Shown: positions 62,920 to 63,333 of the stretch, piece after piece
Position numbering within the stretch: position 1 is the stretch's first letter
Layout: each line of letters begins with the position of its first letter
Assembly: GCF_001194135.2 (NCBI RefSeq)
Contig: NC_069001.1
Location: 35,711,353-35,774,685 of the forward strand
Reading direction: 5' to 3'
Length of the DNA stretch: 63,333 nucleotides
Source of the DNA: Octopus bimaculoides
Taxonomy: Eukaryota
The notes under the pieces: generated by a model
Seen by the model: the letters and a program-made list of their open reading frames with translations, nothing else
What the model was told of the DNA's origin: nothing
The model's database searches: none
Translations under genes and position numbers: made by a program

Positions 62920-63333
62920 ACCTCTTTTGCTGTATCTTTTTCTCTTTTGTTATCTCCCCCTCTCCCTGCTTCCATAATCTCTAACACATTCTGAGCATGC
63001 ACTCACACACATATGTGCATACATAGACACACACACACACACACATGTACATACACACACTAACACACACATGCATACATACTCACACATGCACATACAC
63101 ACACATGTGCATGCACACACTATCACACATGCATATACACACGATTGAACTTACAATTACAACCACATACGTATACATATACACACACTCACAAACTGTA
63201 ACATGCACATATGAATATATACACAGCCACAGATGTATATACACATGCATATATATACAAATGTGTATACTCACAAACATGCACACACACTTATTGACAT
63301 AAACATACTCACAGACATTAACTTATGCATATG

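Noticed and set aside
52-63302. The many [12 protein letters not shown]/poly-X ORFs in the ORF track
   Set aside because: Translations of dinucleotide microsatellites or read-through of N gaps; no domain content.

Overview
Eukaryotic, AT-rich, extremely repeat-dense DNA with about 24 assembly gaps (about 10% N). The repeat families and the microsatellite load resemble an Octopus (coleoid cephalopod) genome; this is inferred from remembered repeat motifs, not from a search. No intact protein-coding gene, tRNA, rRNA or CRISPR array is supported, and nearly all ORF-track entries are microsatellite translations, so the window reads as a long intron or intergenic tract. Contents: (i) dozens of SINE-like copies in families I label A (tRNA-like head, CORE-like box, internal microsatellite), B (Nin-like core), C (no visible head, (GAT)n tail), D and CORE-type; (ii) five Tc1/mariner non-autonomous elements, two of which keep transposase C-terminal codons; (iii) a decayed RTE-like LINE end; (iv) short Penelope-like elements carrying minimal type-I hammerhead ribozyme motifs (18960-18994 minus, 52232-52267 plus) whose stem I covaries between copies. 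Other leads are a tandem pair of AG|GT(A)RGT recursive-splice-like sites at 39841-39924, a 250-275 bp triple repeat ending in a fold-back (21860-22919), and a possible HDV-like pseudoknot in family C. Most SINE boundaries are approximate (about +/-10 nt).
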